Numbered from the whole stretch's first letter, positions 49,477 through 63,257 are shown. The stretch is DNA of 63,744 nt, filler included, from Octopus bimaculoides (GCF_001194135.2; 7 parts of 7 records of this genome joined end to end with filler, not necessarily neighbours in it); one strand, 5' to 3'. Notes: a model not told the origin generated them from the sequence alone. Numbers and translations: made by a program.

Positions 49477-50843
49477 AGAAATTGTTTGCACCTTACGGCC
49501 AAAGGAAGGCGGTGCAGCGAACTTTACGATGGAGTCGACCGATAGCCCGACTCGTCTTACACGTTTTGTGTAGCTTATTTCGTAACCAAAAGACAAGTAC
49601 AGATTATAAACAATGAAAGGCTGATTTTGGTGATTCATTTGATAGAAATAGTAGAGAGCCAATCCGATGATAAATCTGACCTTGAATCTTGAATCTTGAA
49701 TTTAACTGGCTCAGTTAAATCTCTTGTGGCTCCAAATGATGTCATCTGTAGTGCAGCATTATGTTGTCTAATTTTGTTTTGGAAGTGCTTGGAATATTGG
49801 TCAGCTGATGACAACCATTTCTTCAATGGCTCTGGAAGTTGGGGGATTGCAGGGAGTTTAACCTTTCCACCACTGCAGCACAATGCAGGTGTCTCTCCAG
49901 ACTACTTCTTTGCTTTACAATGTATGCACTCAGTTGTCATTGCACCAATGGAAACTCTAGTGTCATCTGCATAATGAACGGCTGGATCATAATTGAAAGC
50001 TGCTTCATAGAAGTTGCTTCTCTGAGCTGTTGTGACTGTTCTTCGTTCTGCAGTGGAAATCCTATTCCTTGTCAGCCGTGCATACCTCTGTTCATCAGTT
50101 TGAGATGCTCTGGCTTTTGTAGTGCAGTCTGTTCCTTTCTTGATATGCTTCCTTTTCAGCAGCTGTCTCTCTTTCCCTGGACAGAGACATTCTTTTGGTT
50201 GACCTTGACATTATAGACAAATTTGATACTTTACTTCAAGGCATGGTAATATACGTATACAGAAACACACGGGTACAGAAGATAGTAAACAATAAAAATA
50301 AGTGGATAATGAAAATTATATTTCTTAATACGGCAGGTAGAAAGCAAACGACATTTTTATGGAAAATAAAGAACTGTACGAGTTGAAGTGAAATTTGTCA
50401 CTTACTGAACCAAAGAGCCAGTATCGATGGAACCCGAAAAAAGCCGTTAACAACAGAAAAACACAAAACTGTTGCAAAAGTAAATAAGAAAGTTTTAGGG
50501 AAATTAACTAAGTGTACGGATTTAAGTGAAATTTTCGAAAGTTACTTCTCAACAACAAAAACACAAAACGTTATAAAAGTAAATAAGAAATTTGTAGGCA
50601 AATTTAACGAAGTGTACGGATTGAAGTGAAATTTATGAAGTTACTTTTGTCAGTAAATTATGTATGAAATTACTTTCGTCAGTAATTGTGAACTTCTTTC
50701 TGTCAGTAATTTGTCGTTGTTGTTTGTAAATAGTGATTGAAAACTTACAGTGAAAACAATAGTGATTGAGCTTCAAGTGAAAGCAATAGTGTCTGAAAAG
50801 TGAAAGGGAAAACAATAGAGATTGAGTGATATATATATGGAGG
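49477..50843 (-). mobile_element. Helitron fragment, copy 2
   Basis: CCSGGKVKLPAIP...HFQNKIRQHNAALQMTSFG; colinear with 31170-32310. Confidence 0.8.
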
Positions 50844-51409
50844 NNNNNNNNNNNNNNNNNNNNNNNNNNNNNNNNNNNNNNNNNNNNNNNNNNNNNNNNN
50901 NNNNNNNNNNNNNNNNNNNNNNNNNNNNNNNNNNNNNNNNNNNNNNNNNNNNNNNNNNNNNNNNNNNNNNNNNNNNNNNNNNNNNNNNNNNNNNNNNNNN
51001 NNNNNNNNNNNNNNNNNNNNNNNNNNNNNNNNNNNNNNNNNNNNNNNNNNNNNNNNNNNNNNNNNNNNNNNNNNNNNNNNNNNNNNNNNNNNNNNNNNNN
51101 NNNNNNNNNNNNNNNNNNNNNNNNNNNNNNNNNNNNNNNNNNNNNNNNNNNNNNNNNNNNNNNNNNNNNNNNNNNNNNNNNNNNNNNNNNNNNNNNNNNN
51201 NNNNNNNNNNNNNNNNNNNNNNNNNNNNNNNNNNNNNNNNNNNNNNNNNNNNNNNNNNNNNNNNNNNNNNNNNNNNNNNNNNNNNNNNNNNNNNNNNNNN
51301 NNNNNNNNNNNNNNNNNNNNNNNNNNNNNNNNNNNNNNNNNNNNNNNNNNNNNNNNNNNNNNNNNNNNTTTACACACGCACAAAGAACGGGATTTATATC
51401 ATAGGTATA

Positions 51410-51550
51410 TACAATGGGCTTCTTTCAATTTCTGTCGACCAAATCCACTCACAAGGCTTTGGTCGACCCGAGGCTATACAAAAACAAACACTTGCCCAAG
51501 GTGCCACTGAACCCGGAACCATGTGGTTAGGAAGCAAACTTCTTACAACG
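51410..51550 (-). mobile_element. SINE family A, head fragment
   Basis: CAAATCCACTCACAAGGCTTTGGTCGACCCGAGGCTATA...CTGAACCCGGAACCATGTGGTT. Confidence 0.75.
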
Positions 51551-51618
51551 AAATGCATATCGACAGGACCGCATTGACCGATTTCTTTTTTTTTTTTTTT
51601 TGCTCTTTAAATATACAG

Positions 51619-51770
51619 ACAACCAGGTATGGTCATATTCTCTAAGCGGTGGTAAGTTCTACTCAAACTACGGCTACCCCAAAACTCATCGTGATGCTGT
51701 GTTCAGTAAACCAGACGCTGCCATGATCATGAGAGATTTTGAACAAATAGAGCGAGTGTTCGTATTCAAA
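51619..51770 (+). CDS. Hemopexin-repeat exon B (152 nt, phase 1-0): (N)NQVWSYSLSGGKFYSNYGYPKTHRDAVFSKPDAAMIMRDFEQIERVFVFK
   Basis: TACAG acceptor and GTAAGT donor; in phase with exon A; GYPK...PDAA...FVFK motif. Confidence 0.88.
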
Positions 51771-52049
51771 GTAAGTCAGTCCTTTGTTATGTTTGTTCAA
51801 TTTAATTCAAATCATTGCTTGTGTACATGGCAAATTATTTTTATTCATTGTTAATAAGTGAACTATGTTGTGTTGTATTGTTTAAACTAAATACGAGGAT
51901 TTTATATATATTTTATATGAATGGCTTTCTTCAAAGTAAGCGGGAGATTTTAGTTTATTCCAGAGAAGGAAATATGCTATACAAGTTAGATATTAATTAC
52001 AACACCAGGATCTTTGTAGTTTTCGTCACTGTTTACAATTATCTTTTTT

Positions 52050-52210
52050 ACTCTTTTACTTGTTTCAGTCATTTGACTGTGGCCATGCTGGAGCACTGCC
52101 TTTAGTCGAGCAAATCGACCCCCAGGACTTACTCTTTGTAAGCCTAGTACTTATTCTATCGGTCTTTCATGCCGAACCGCTAGGTTACGGGGACGTAAAC
52201 ACACCAGTAT
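52050..52210 (-). mobile_element. SINE family A, 3' part
   Basis: Close match to 38772-38930. Confidence 0.85.
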
Positions 52211-52333
52211 TCTATATCCCACATTAATTTTATAAGAATATAAATTAAACATAAAAAACAGAGTTGGAACTCTTTTAATATATTCCTCTANNNNNNNNNN
52301 ATATATATATATTATTATTATTATTATTATTGC

Positions 52334-52378
<45 letters not shown>

Positions 52379-52397
52379 ATGTTTATGCGTCTTTCAG

Positions 52398-52546
52398 AAT
52401 GACAGTATGAGAGAATGGGTGACATATTATGAACTATTGACTCCCGAATCAACTTTGAAGCATCACGACCTCTTCATTGGAGTACCAAAACATGTTGATG
52501 TCATTCTGTCAGACGGCAAACAAATCGTTTTCCTTTCAGGTGAAAA
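52398..52546 (+). CDS. Hemopexin-repeat exon C (149 nt, phase 0-2): NDSMREWVTYYELLTPESTLKHHDLFIGVPKHVDVILSDGKQIVFLSGE
   Basis: TTTCAG acceptor and GTAAGT donor; in phase with exon B; FIGVPKHVD motif. An alternative donor after 52539 is possible. Confidence 0.8.
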
Positions 52547-52654
52547 GTAAGTGAAATTTTTCTCTTCAGAAATGGGTTGTTATTTTCTTTTCCTTTTTTT
52601 TACGTGTGACGTCAGCATTGATGCAGTGATAACTACTATACAGATGTGATAAGT

Positions 52655-53415
52655 TCATGCAATGTCCTGTACCCAGATATGCATCTATATATACAGGTAG
52701 ATGTAAGTATGTACATACATGTACGTATATATGCATATACTCATTTATTATTTGTATTACATGATCGAACGCACGCGTCATCCCTGCAAGTAAGTTTTGA
52801 ACTTTATATTTTCTTTTTCCCCCTCTCGTTCTTCCTTCTGTTACTACTACATCTCTCTCTTCCTCCTGTCTCTCATTGCTCGCCTATTTTTTACTTCCTC
52901 CCCTTTTTTCTCCCTCTACCACTCTTTCTCCTTACCCCTCGCTGGTCACATGTGTCCAGCTTTACTTCCTTTCTTTCTTGGACATCGCCAAGCATGCACA
53001 CGAACTATTCTTCGTCCCTCTTCCTTCCAGTTCGTTGCTTCACAGCGTTCAATATACACACATTCTTCCACGTCTGGCCGTATAGCCTTTTTTGTTTATT
53101 CTACTGTTTCGTTTTCCTGTCTTGTTTTCTGTCCGCCACTACATTCCTCCATGGTACAAATTTAATTTGTGGTCCGTGGGAAGAGCCATTTTAACGATGC
53201 GTCCTGCCCTAACTCTTCGAAACGCCAGTGTTAGAACGGTGGCAGCTGATGAAGGAAATGTTCTCTATGTGGCCTGTGTGTTTTCTGTACCCTGTTTATC
53301 ATTTTGTCTGCGTTTTGTTTGCAATGTATTGTACCCAGATATGCGCCTATATATACAGGTAGATGTAAGTATGTACATAGATGTACGTATATATGCATAT
53401 ACTCATTTATTATTT
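52655..53415 (+). mobile_element. Element bounded by ~110-bp direct repeats (PLE pseudo-LTR-like)
   Basis: TGCAATG...GTACCCAGATATGC...ATACTCATTTATTATTTGTA occurs at about 52655-52760 and 53318-53418. The interior has CGAAACGCC and CTGATGAAG. Confidence 0.5.
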
Positions 53416-53942
53416 GTACTCATCTTTTAACCTGCTCACCCATTGCTTTGTTTCCTCCTCTCTATATCATTTTTTCTCTCTCTCTCCCCCGCACACCTCA
53501 CTTCTTCCCATTTCTATTTTTCGACACAGCAGCTGCTCCATCTATGTATGTGTGTGTGTGTGTATCAAAAATGTCATGCACAACATGGACCAAAAAGTTT
53601 CTTCTTACAAAATTACGTATTCAAATAATTACATCTAAATTTCATGAATAGCGAAAGCGAAACCGGTAGATTATTTTAGAAATTATATTAAAACTATGTA
53701 AAGTGTGTGTATTTTCCTTCGATAATTTCTTATATATATTACAACTCACCACGTGGGGATAATCGAAATTCTTCCTTTTCTGTATAGACATATACATATA
53801 TATACATGTATATGCATACATATATATACATATATATCTATGTATGTATATAGCATATGCATGTAGTATATGTATATACATGTGTATAGTATATATATAT
53901 ATGTGTGTGTGTGCGCATATGTATGTATATATACATACATGT

Positions 53943-53979
<37 letters not shown>

Positions 53980-54018
53980 CATGTATGTATGTATATTGTA
54001 TATATATATATATATATG

Positions 54019-54067
<49 letters not shown>

Positions 54068-54167
54068 NNNNNNNNNNNNNNNNNNNNNNNNNNNNNNNNN
54101 NNNNNNNNNNNTTAATTAATTAANNNNNNNNNNNNNNNNNNNNNNNNNNNNNNNNNNNNNNNNNNNN

Positions 54168-54520
54168 CTCTCTAAAAGAAATGGAAAAACTTTCAAAATA
54201 CAAAGACCTGGAAATAGAGGTAACTGAATGTGGAATCTAAAAACAGAAACAATTCCTATTATAGTAGGTGCCTTAGGTATAATAAAAAATATTCAGACAA
54301 ATACATAACAAAAACATCAGGACTTACAAATATATATAACATACAGAAAATTGCACTACTGGGCACAGCACACATTCTACGCAAAACACTTTCAATACAG
54401 TAACCATAAGAGCACCACAGCAAACCACAGCACATACCCAAGGTGCACAGAGCTGCGCTCGGTAGTGAAGTGAAAGCACGTTATAAAAATAAAACTACTG
54501 AACAATAATAATAATAATAA
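54168..54520 (+). mobile_element. RLE-type (R4-like) non-LTR element 3' end with (AAT)n tail
   Basis: KYKDLEIE...MWNLKTETIPIIVGALGIIKKYSDKYITKTSGLTNIYNIQKIALLGTAHILRKTL. Confidence 0.8.
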
Positions 54521-54719
54521 CTGTTTTTGATTTAGCTCCAGTGGCCAATATTTTAGTGGGAGTGAACTTATTCAGCCCCACAGATCACAGTACTTGAGTG
54601 GTACTTGATGTTATCGGCTCCGAAAAGATTGAAGGCGAAGCTGCTTCGGTGAAATCTGTGAGAACAAACACCGCAACGCATATTGCCGTCGCCATAATGA
54701 TTCTACCAGCTCACGATCT

Positions 54720-56250
54720 TACAATAACGATAATAATCTCTTCTTTATTAGCCACAAGGGCTCGAAAAATACAGAAAATACAAGGTAGCATTAAACAAGG
54801 CACATACAAAGATGTAAGTGTAGGACAGAGACGATATGCAAACACGTGACAAAGTATGAATGACGTTATCCCATATACAATTGCATGAATTAAAAATATA
54901 TAAAACAAATTTTCACACGGCAAGGCATAAAAAAGAATGATAAAACACAATAATTAAAAGAAAATGTTTATATAAAAAATGTTAATCTCCATTTGCATTG
55001 ATTGGGGTACTTCACTTCCTTGATCATACCTGCGGTGTGCTGCTTTATAATTTTGTTATAATTTGTTTCAATATTTTGCATGAGTAATTCTAGCGATATT
55101 GTGCACGTCTTCTGGATCGTTGCACTATTATTCTGTTATTGCAAGGTTGTATAACATATAATCTCATTTATTTACCGATCCATACCTCGTTTGGATATTC
55201 CTTCTGCGTATTACATAGATATTTTATTAGGACTTTGTTATTTTTTCGAATGACTGAATTTTGTTTCATTCTGGTCGGGGACTAGATTTATTTTACTAGT
55301 CATTGCTTCTCCTTCATAAGATACAAATTCTTCATCAGTGTAGAGAGCTCTTCGTGCGCCTCGCATATCTTTAAGAACTTTTTATTCTTTTTCCGTAGTT
55401 CTATAAGTTTTTTTCAGAGTCTTATAATTTAATTTTCTCCATCGCCCTCTTTTCGATTCTCATCCTCATAAGTAGTTGAGCTGGTGCTGCTGTGAGGGGT
55501 TGTTTCCTGGTCATTTTGAGTTAGATGTTGTTGTTGTGAGTGCCTTCTCTGGTTGTGGAGCCTCGTCATTCGCTCCTACAAGTAGGGAGTTTTGAGTTTT
55601 ATTTCTCGTCTCACAAGTTGTGCCAGATGTTGCCCTAGGATCAATAACCTCCATTATTTGTTCTAGTATTTTGTTCTTTTGGACATTTCTTGTATAAACC
55701 TTTTAGATGGCTTTTGCTTCCACATATGTTACAGCTGGATTGCTACCCTGGATGTAAAACTTTAACGTTTTGCTCTCGGCATCCTCTATAAGAAACAATT
55801 CTGGTTTTGCTTTGTAGCATCAGGAAATCAAAAGCATAGATATCCAAGGTGGTCCTACCCGATTACATACAGATAAGAGATTTGCACTTACTAGCTGCTC
55901 ATACTGTGCCAAGAAAATGCATGCTAGCCAGCGGTCGACATCCTTCTCGATGACTTTGGAGGTGACTGTTGTGTTTTCCCTTTAAAATATTGTGAAACCA
56001 TCTTATGAATATTTTTAGGATTAAGCGTTTGCTCCATATTCTGTTTCAAGAATGACAAAGACATTGCCGTATATCCTCCTACCTTCAATGAAGGATATTT
56101 GATTATAAATATCTGCTAGGACGAATTCCAATGGAAATTTGATCGGAATCAAGAATCCTGTACAGAATGATATCTGCTTTGCAAAGATTAGCAGTCTGAT
56201 TTCTTATAACCATTTTAGCATGAAATTTTTCTTTTCTTCAAAGACAAACA
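54720..56250 (-). mobile_element. Probable L1/Tx1-like remnant (ORF1 zinc-knuckle region)
   Basis: Minus strand near 55740-55690 reads SCNICGSKSHLK; the rest is decayed. Boundaries are uncertain. Confidence 0.35.
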
Positions 56251-56753
56251 AAGAAAAAGAATATTACCTAATTTAGCGATCTAATTGTATTTAAAGCTAC
56301 TTTCGTACCATTTTTTAAATTCAAATAACTTTTTCTAGGCTTCCATTAAAAAATATGAAAACACACTTCTTAATATTTTAAATACATTTTGAAACTTTTT
56401 TTTATCATATAGAACAACACAGAGCAACCACATCATCCATTCTTTCTACGTACAATATCAGTTTTTTTAAAATTCTTTTTGTCTGAGATGTTGGCTGTTA
56501 AGAATAAAAGATGAAAATCTGGAAATTTTTACTTTCGCTTTTCATACAACTGTATGTGAAACGTTGTAAAATATTTTCATTTCCGAATAAATGCCATGAA
56601 GATTTTGTGGAGGCGGTATAATAACATTTGGAGCAAATAACCTACACAAACTGCAATATGTACGACACTTACGACACTCAAACACGCAAATCTATAAAAA
56701 AATATTCGACTCATTATTCTGTTCTTGTCTGTGCGTTTCTAAAGATATATATC

Positions 56754-57085
56754 CAGGGGTTGGACAAAATGGAAACACCTTGCATCATAGCATCATACTT
56801 TTGTAATATCTATCAAACTGTCAAAAGCTTGTTTATTTTTATGTTTTTTTTTTTATTATTAGTGTTGCTTAACATGTTTTGCTAAAATTGATGTTTCTTT
56901 TCAGATATCATCAGAAGAAGGTAATTAAAATTCATTAAAATTACAGATCTATCGGACTTTCAAAGAAGTCAAATTGTTGGTGCTCGTATGGCAAGCGCTA
57001 GCGTAACGAAAACAGACGAAATGTTTTTTTGTGTCAAGAAGTACTGTCTCGAAAGTAATGGCAGCCCTTAAGAAAGAGGGAAAAA
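56754..57085 (+). mobile_element. Tc1-like transposon 5' end, runs into a gap
   Basis: CAGGGGTTGGACAAAA TIR-like start; DLSDFQRSQIVGARMASASVTKT...VSRSTVSKVM HTH region. Confidence 0.75.
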
Positions 57086-57689
57086 NNNNNNNNNNNNNNN
57101 NNNNNNNNNNNNNNNNNNNNNNNNNNNNNTTAATTAATTAANNNNNNNNNNNNNNNNNNNNNNNNNNNNNNNNNNNNNNNNNNNNGTGTTATATATATAT
57201 ATATATATATATTACACACACAGCCAAAAGAGTGGTCAACGGAAGAAAAAGATTGCAGGGCATTGTAATGAATGAAATCTCTTTGCATTATTCTTGTCTT
57301 TCTCTTTGTAAGCTTCAATGCAAGTTGATATGAAAAGTTGAGTGCCTTTAAAACAGAGAGTTCTGTAGCCACCACAATCAGCAGCAGAATCTATGATTGT
57401 ACTCATATGAAAATTTCAATTCAGAGATTTTGTAAATTGCAGTAGTAGCATACAAACTAAATGTGAGAGGCCATAAAAGACTGTTATGGAAATGCACCTG
57501 TTTTGCATCTGAGCCACAGATGCACACCTGCAAAGTTGATACCCCATTAGTAATGCCTGCATTATACTGATTTTAAAAAGTAGTGGAACTTCTGTCCTGG
57601 GTATCATGTCCAATCACTTGTAAAAACTATGAAAATGGAAACAAATTGCTTTATTTGCTTATAATACAGGGCTTACGGTCACGTCCTAC

Positions 57690-58040
57690 ACAAGAGTGAA
57701 GTTAAATACAATGGATTTATATAAATTTTCATAGACAAAGAAATATCTGAATCATTCACAAACTGATTTGTTAGCTTCCCACGAGTAACATTTCCTTTGG
57801 CAATTCTGGACAGAACATTGAGATCCATAACATGTTCAATTTTCAAAGAATCGATGCTAAAACAAGAAGTATGAGAAATGCGTGTTGGGGAACTACTCTT
57901 TGTGGATGACTGTGCCTCTGTTGGCCATGGTCTTCAAGATACTTGAGCAATCTCAGACTGCTTCTTGTCTGCTGCAGAAAACTTTTACCTCACAATCAGT
58001 AAGAAGAAGCCTAAAATTGTGCACCAACACTGCCCTGGAC
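57690..58040 (+). mobile_element. RTE (BovB-like) RT fragment
   Basis: FNFQRIDAKTRSMRNACWELLFVDDCASVGHGLQDT*AISDCFLSAAENFYLTISKKKPKIVHQ. Confidence 0.8.
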
Positions 58041-58071
58041 CTAGGTGCTTCCCTACTAATTTATATGTACG

Positions 58072-58149
<78 letters not shown>

Positions 58150-58369
58150 CACACACACACACAAAATTTATACAATATATACACATATACAAATATGTGT
58201 ATTACATGTTTGGTTACATATTATCACTACAGCCTGGTACACATGCTGCATATTTTGAGTTATTAGTGACTAAGCTGACCACCAGCCATGCACACTGCTC
58301 ATCCTGGTCTAAAGAATTATTTAAAACCAAGCAGAACAAAAACCATGTACACACACACATATATATATT

Positions 58370-58520
58370 AAGCACAGATGTGGCTGTTTGTTTCCCAACT
58401 ATATGGTTTCGGGTTCAGTTCCACCACATGGCACATTGGGCAAGTCTCTTCTGTTAGAGCTTATGGCAGCTAAATCTTCTTGCAAGTAGATCTGGTAGAT
58501 GGAAACTGAAGGAAACCTTC
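58370..58520 (+). mobile_element. SINE family A head, decayed
   Basis: ATGGTTTCGGGTTCAGTTCCAC...TTGGGCAAGT...GGAAACTGAAG. Confidence 0.65.
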
Positions 58521-59154
58521 ATATACATATACAGGTATGTGTGTAAGTGTATGTGTATACTTGTGTCTCCTTGTGTGTAAGTGTATGTGTATACTTGTGT
58601 CTCCTTGTGTGAATTGTTGTGTCATTCATTTCCAATATTGTGTGGAAACATGTCTGATTATGGAGGAATAGCAGTTTGCATGGAAACAAGTGTGGGTCGA
58701 TGACAGGAAAGGTATCCATCCTTAGAAAAACTGCCTCAATAAACTCGTCCAAGCCATGCAAGCATGGAAAAGTGAATGTTAAAATGGTGGGGAGTTGAAA
58801 CAATGATATGTGTACATTCTTATATCATAGCTTAAAAGGTTTAAAGTATATAAAAATTAATTTATTTAGTGATAAGTTATCCAATATAGAACTTGTTACA
58901 TTGGGCAATGAGGATAAATATCTTTATTTGGTCAAAAGTTTAGTGTTTAGTTTGAGTTCTACCCATGGTTGTGCACAATAAACACAAACAACCAAAGGTG
59001 AAGCTCAAAGTGGATTCTTAACTTGTGAGATAGATAGTTAGGTAGACAGATATATAGAAAATTTGTTACAATGAATTTCATCTGATACTTGCAAGCATAG
59101 ATAAGCGGATGCTAAAATGGCAATGTAGATATGAATGAATATAGATAGATACAT

Positions 59155-59254
<100 letters not shown>

Positions 59255-61293
59255 AAATATATTTGCATATATATATATATGTATATATGAATGAATGACT
59301 ATATATGTATGCATATGTATTTATGTATGTGTATAAAGGAATGAATATATATGACAGGGTACAAATAATTTCAAATACACTATATCACCAACATAGATTA
59401 TTACATGATATTAAATAATGATTTTCATAAATTTACTTCTGAAAGATTTTGCAAATTTTGAAAACGTCTGTTATAATATTTCCATTTTAAGATTTGGTTC
59501 TGAAATATATATTAAGTCACTGACTGACTTTATATACCCAAATGTTAACAGAAGATACTCAGATATAACAGATCTTTTAGATGCTCCTAAATAATGTGAA
59601 AATACAATTATTGCATGAGCAAATGATGAAAATTAAATAACTATTGATAACAATAATCAATAAGTACTGCAAATTTGAAAAAGTTGTTCAATAATTAAAA
59701 AGGTAAATTAATATTTTAAAAGCTTCTCTCTTTGTCATATATTCTTATGAAAATTATTTCTCCAAAACTCCTCATATTTCAGCAATTTTATTTATGGAAG
59801 CTGTCAATCTATATGATATATTCAGAATATATCTGAACCTCCAGCCACACACACACACACACCCCACACCCAAAGAGAAAAAACATATTTATGCAATATT
59901 TTTAAATACATGAAAAATTAGCAATTAAAATAAATTCATTTGTGTAGATACATAAATTTTTTTTTCTTTCAACAATTCAATATGTTAAACTATACTTTCA
60001 TTTAAGATATTAGTATGAATAAAATAATAGAAATTAATACAGATAAATATGATAAAATTCCATTTATTATTATTAATTTTATCATTATTATATAAGATTT
60101 ACCAGTTCCACAGTTAAATTTTATTTATGCATTCTAAAATACTCCATGTTCATTTTTGTGTTAGTAGCCCTTCTATAAAAGAAGCATCTGAATAAAAATT
60201 CTTTCTTCTCCTAGTGAAAAGTCCAAAATTAAAATTTCAAAATGGCTGACAGAAATTTAAAACAAATTTAATCCTAAGACTTTTAGTACTGTTGGCTGCT
60301 TTACATTTTTCTTAAATGTCTCAAACTGCATGAGATCACAACATGTTAAGGTTGAAAAGACAGCTGACATTTTCACTACAATCTTTCTCACGTTTGAAAG
60401 TTAAAAATTAAAATAATCAAATCCTTTCTACTGCAACATTTACGAAAGCAAGCATTAAAATTATAAAAACTTAATTTTTAACATTTTTCTTTAAAATTTA
60501 AAGAACAAAGTAGCCATCACATCACAACTGAAGCTGCTGAAAAATTTCCAGCACATTTGAATGTGTGCTCAAATAAAATTTACAAATTACTAATTTAATA
60601 TATCTCTGCTTCATCTTTAATTTTAATATTTCCAAGAAATTAAATTTCAATGTTTCAGCGATCTATCTATCTATCTATCTATCTATCTATTTATCTATCT
60701 CTCTATATACATACATACATACATACAGACAGACATACACACACATACACACATATATATACACATACATACATAGACATACACATCTATGAGAAAACTA
60801 CTGCAACAAACATACTCAGAAATTCAAAGGCTTCAATGGTGGCAATCAAAGTAGTTGAATTAATAGTTGACAGAACATGCCCATAGCCCAAAGGCTTCAT
60901 AATTTTTTCCATTTAAAAAAAATAATTCAATTGTATAATTATAATTCAACACACTTGTTACACAATATATTTAGCAAAATTAATAAATTTATATGCATGT
61001 ACTAATCATAATTGATGTTAAACGATGGGACACACAAAGACAAACAAAACTAAAATCAATGTCACCCCACCCCTGCTTATTACATATATTTTACAGTATC
61101 TAACATTGCATTATTTAATACATCCTTTCATTTTAAAAGTGTGGTGTGGTTTCAGAGAAAATTCAGCTGCTATTTTTAGCAGTTTCAGAAACTAGAGAAG
61201 GAATCATATATTATATTAATAACTAATTTATAACTAAACAAGTGGACCATGCACATACACAAATTGATACATAGCCTTAGTACGTATATGTGT

Positions 61294-61330
<37 letters not shown>

Positions 61331-61430
61331 NNNNNNNNNNNNNNNNNNNNNNNNNNNNNNNNNNNNNNNNNNNNTTAATTAATTAANNNNNNNNNNNNNN
61401 NNNNNNNNNNNNNNNNNNNNNNNNNNNNNN

Positions 61431-61486
<56 letters not shown>

Positions 61487-61951
61487 GCATCTATACATAT
61501 ATAAGCGATAATATACATGCATACACATATATGCTTGTGCCCACGTATGACTAAGGTTTCATACTATGCACTTTCTACACTAATTCTTGAAGGCCATATG
61601 TTTTGATAATGTAGCATTATAATTGTTATACCATTTTCTTCAAAGAAACGATTACAGTTTTATATTTATGCTAAAAATAAAATTGTAGAAATAAAAAAAA
61701 TTATCAGCCATATATAAACGTATATTAGCAACACGTAAGCATGGTAGTACAGTGTATAAAATAGCATATCATTAGAATTTGAAATACGATTTTCAAATTT
61801 TATATCAAGTGATGTTATAAATTTGATCATATAAAATGAAAACTCTATATTTGCTTGATAGTAGATATACACTTATATACAAATAAATTTATACTGCTAT
61901 ATTAACATATATATATTCAAAGACACATACACAACACACACACACACACAC

Positions 61952-61991
<40 letters not shown>

Positions 61992-62209
61992 ATATATAAA
62001 TAATTCATGTATATATGCGTATAAATATATGTATATATAAAATATGTACATATATCCGTATGCATATAGATATATGTGTGTGTGTGTGTATGTGTGTGTG
62101 TGTGCGTGTGTGTGTGTATCACTACTGATATTCAAAAAATAGATACGCGGCGGGATTACTATTTACGTGAAACATCGCTTACAAAAATCATATATACATA
62201 TATGGTTGC

Positions 62210-62246
<37 letters not shown>

Positions 62247-62332
62247 NNNNNNNNNNNNNNNNNNNNNNNNNNNNNNNNNNNNNNNNNNNNNNNNNNNNNN
62301 NNNNNNNNNNNNNNNNNNNNNNNNNNNNNNNN

Positions 62333-62364
<32 letters not shown>

Positions 62365-63214
62365 TGAGAAAGTTGGTATGTGAAAGCATGTGGTTGGATG
62401 TATAAATGTATATATTTCCATTTCATTATATATAGTTTTTATATATATTTTCATTTCATTATGTATGGCCATGTATATATATATATACACAAATATATAC
62501 ACGCATTTACGCATCTCCTTAGATATGCATATGTTGTACTATCATAAATACACTCATACACAAAAACATATATATATATAGATACACAGATGCACTCACA
62601 CATACAACCATATGTCAAAATGCATTCATGCACTGAAAAATAGAGAAAAAGATAGATGCCCAAACATACACTCATATACTCATTTACGTGTGCGTGTATA
62701 TAAATATATTTTCATATAAATGTATATATATTTATAATACATACATACATATANNNNNNNNNNNNNNNNNNNNNNNNNNNNNNNNNNNNNNNNNNNNNNN
62801 NNNNNNNNNNNNNNNNNNNNNNNNNNNNNNNNNNNNNNNNNNNNNNNNNNNNNCTTTGTTAATATAATGACTGCAGAGGTTCCAGTTTTAACACTCTTCT
62901 CTCACCATTGAATTCTTATACAATGGTCTTCAACTATTATATAAGAAAAGTATGATTCAAATATTCTACATATACAAAACTCGAATAGTGTGCAATTATG
63001 AAAAACGTGTGCCTTTAACTCAATCATAATATGCTTTTGTGGTTTTATTTTTTTTACTTTCTGTTAACTAATGAAATTTAGCCGTATAATTTATATTTAT
63101 CAAATATAAGAAGTATGTTATCCGCGACACAATAACAGACACACTGTCACAGACACACAGACAAGCAGACAGACAGTCAGACAGACAGACAGACACACAC
63201 NNNNNNNNNNCTGT

Positions 63215-63257
<43 letters not shown>

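Noticed and set aside
51964-52030. EGNMLYKLDIN, resembling a hemopexin GNxYWRYD segment
   Set aside because: No acceptor is in phase with exon B and there is no good donor; exon B joins cleanly to 52398.
56905-56920. 16-nt AG...GT micro-exon in phase with hemopexin exon C
   Set aside because: It lies inside the Tc1-like element starting at 56754, just before its transposase HTH region.
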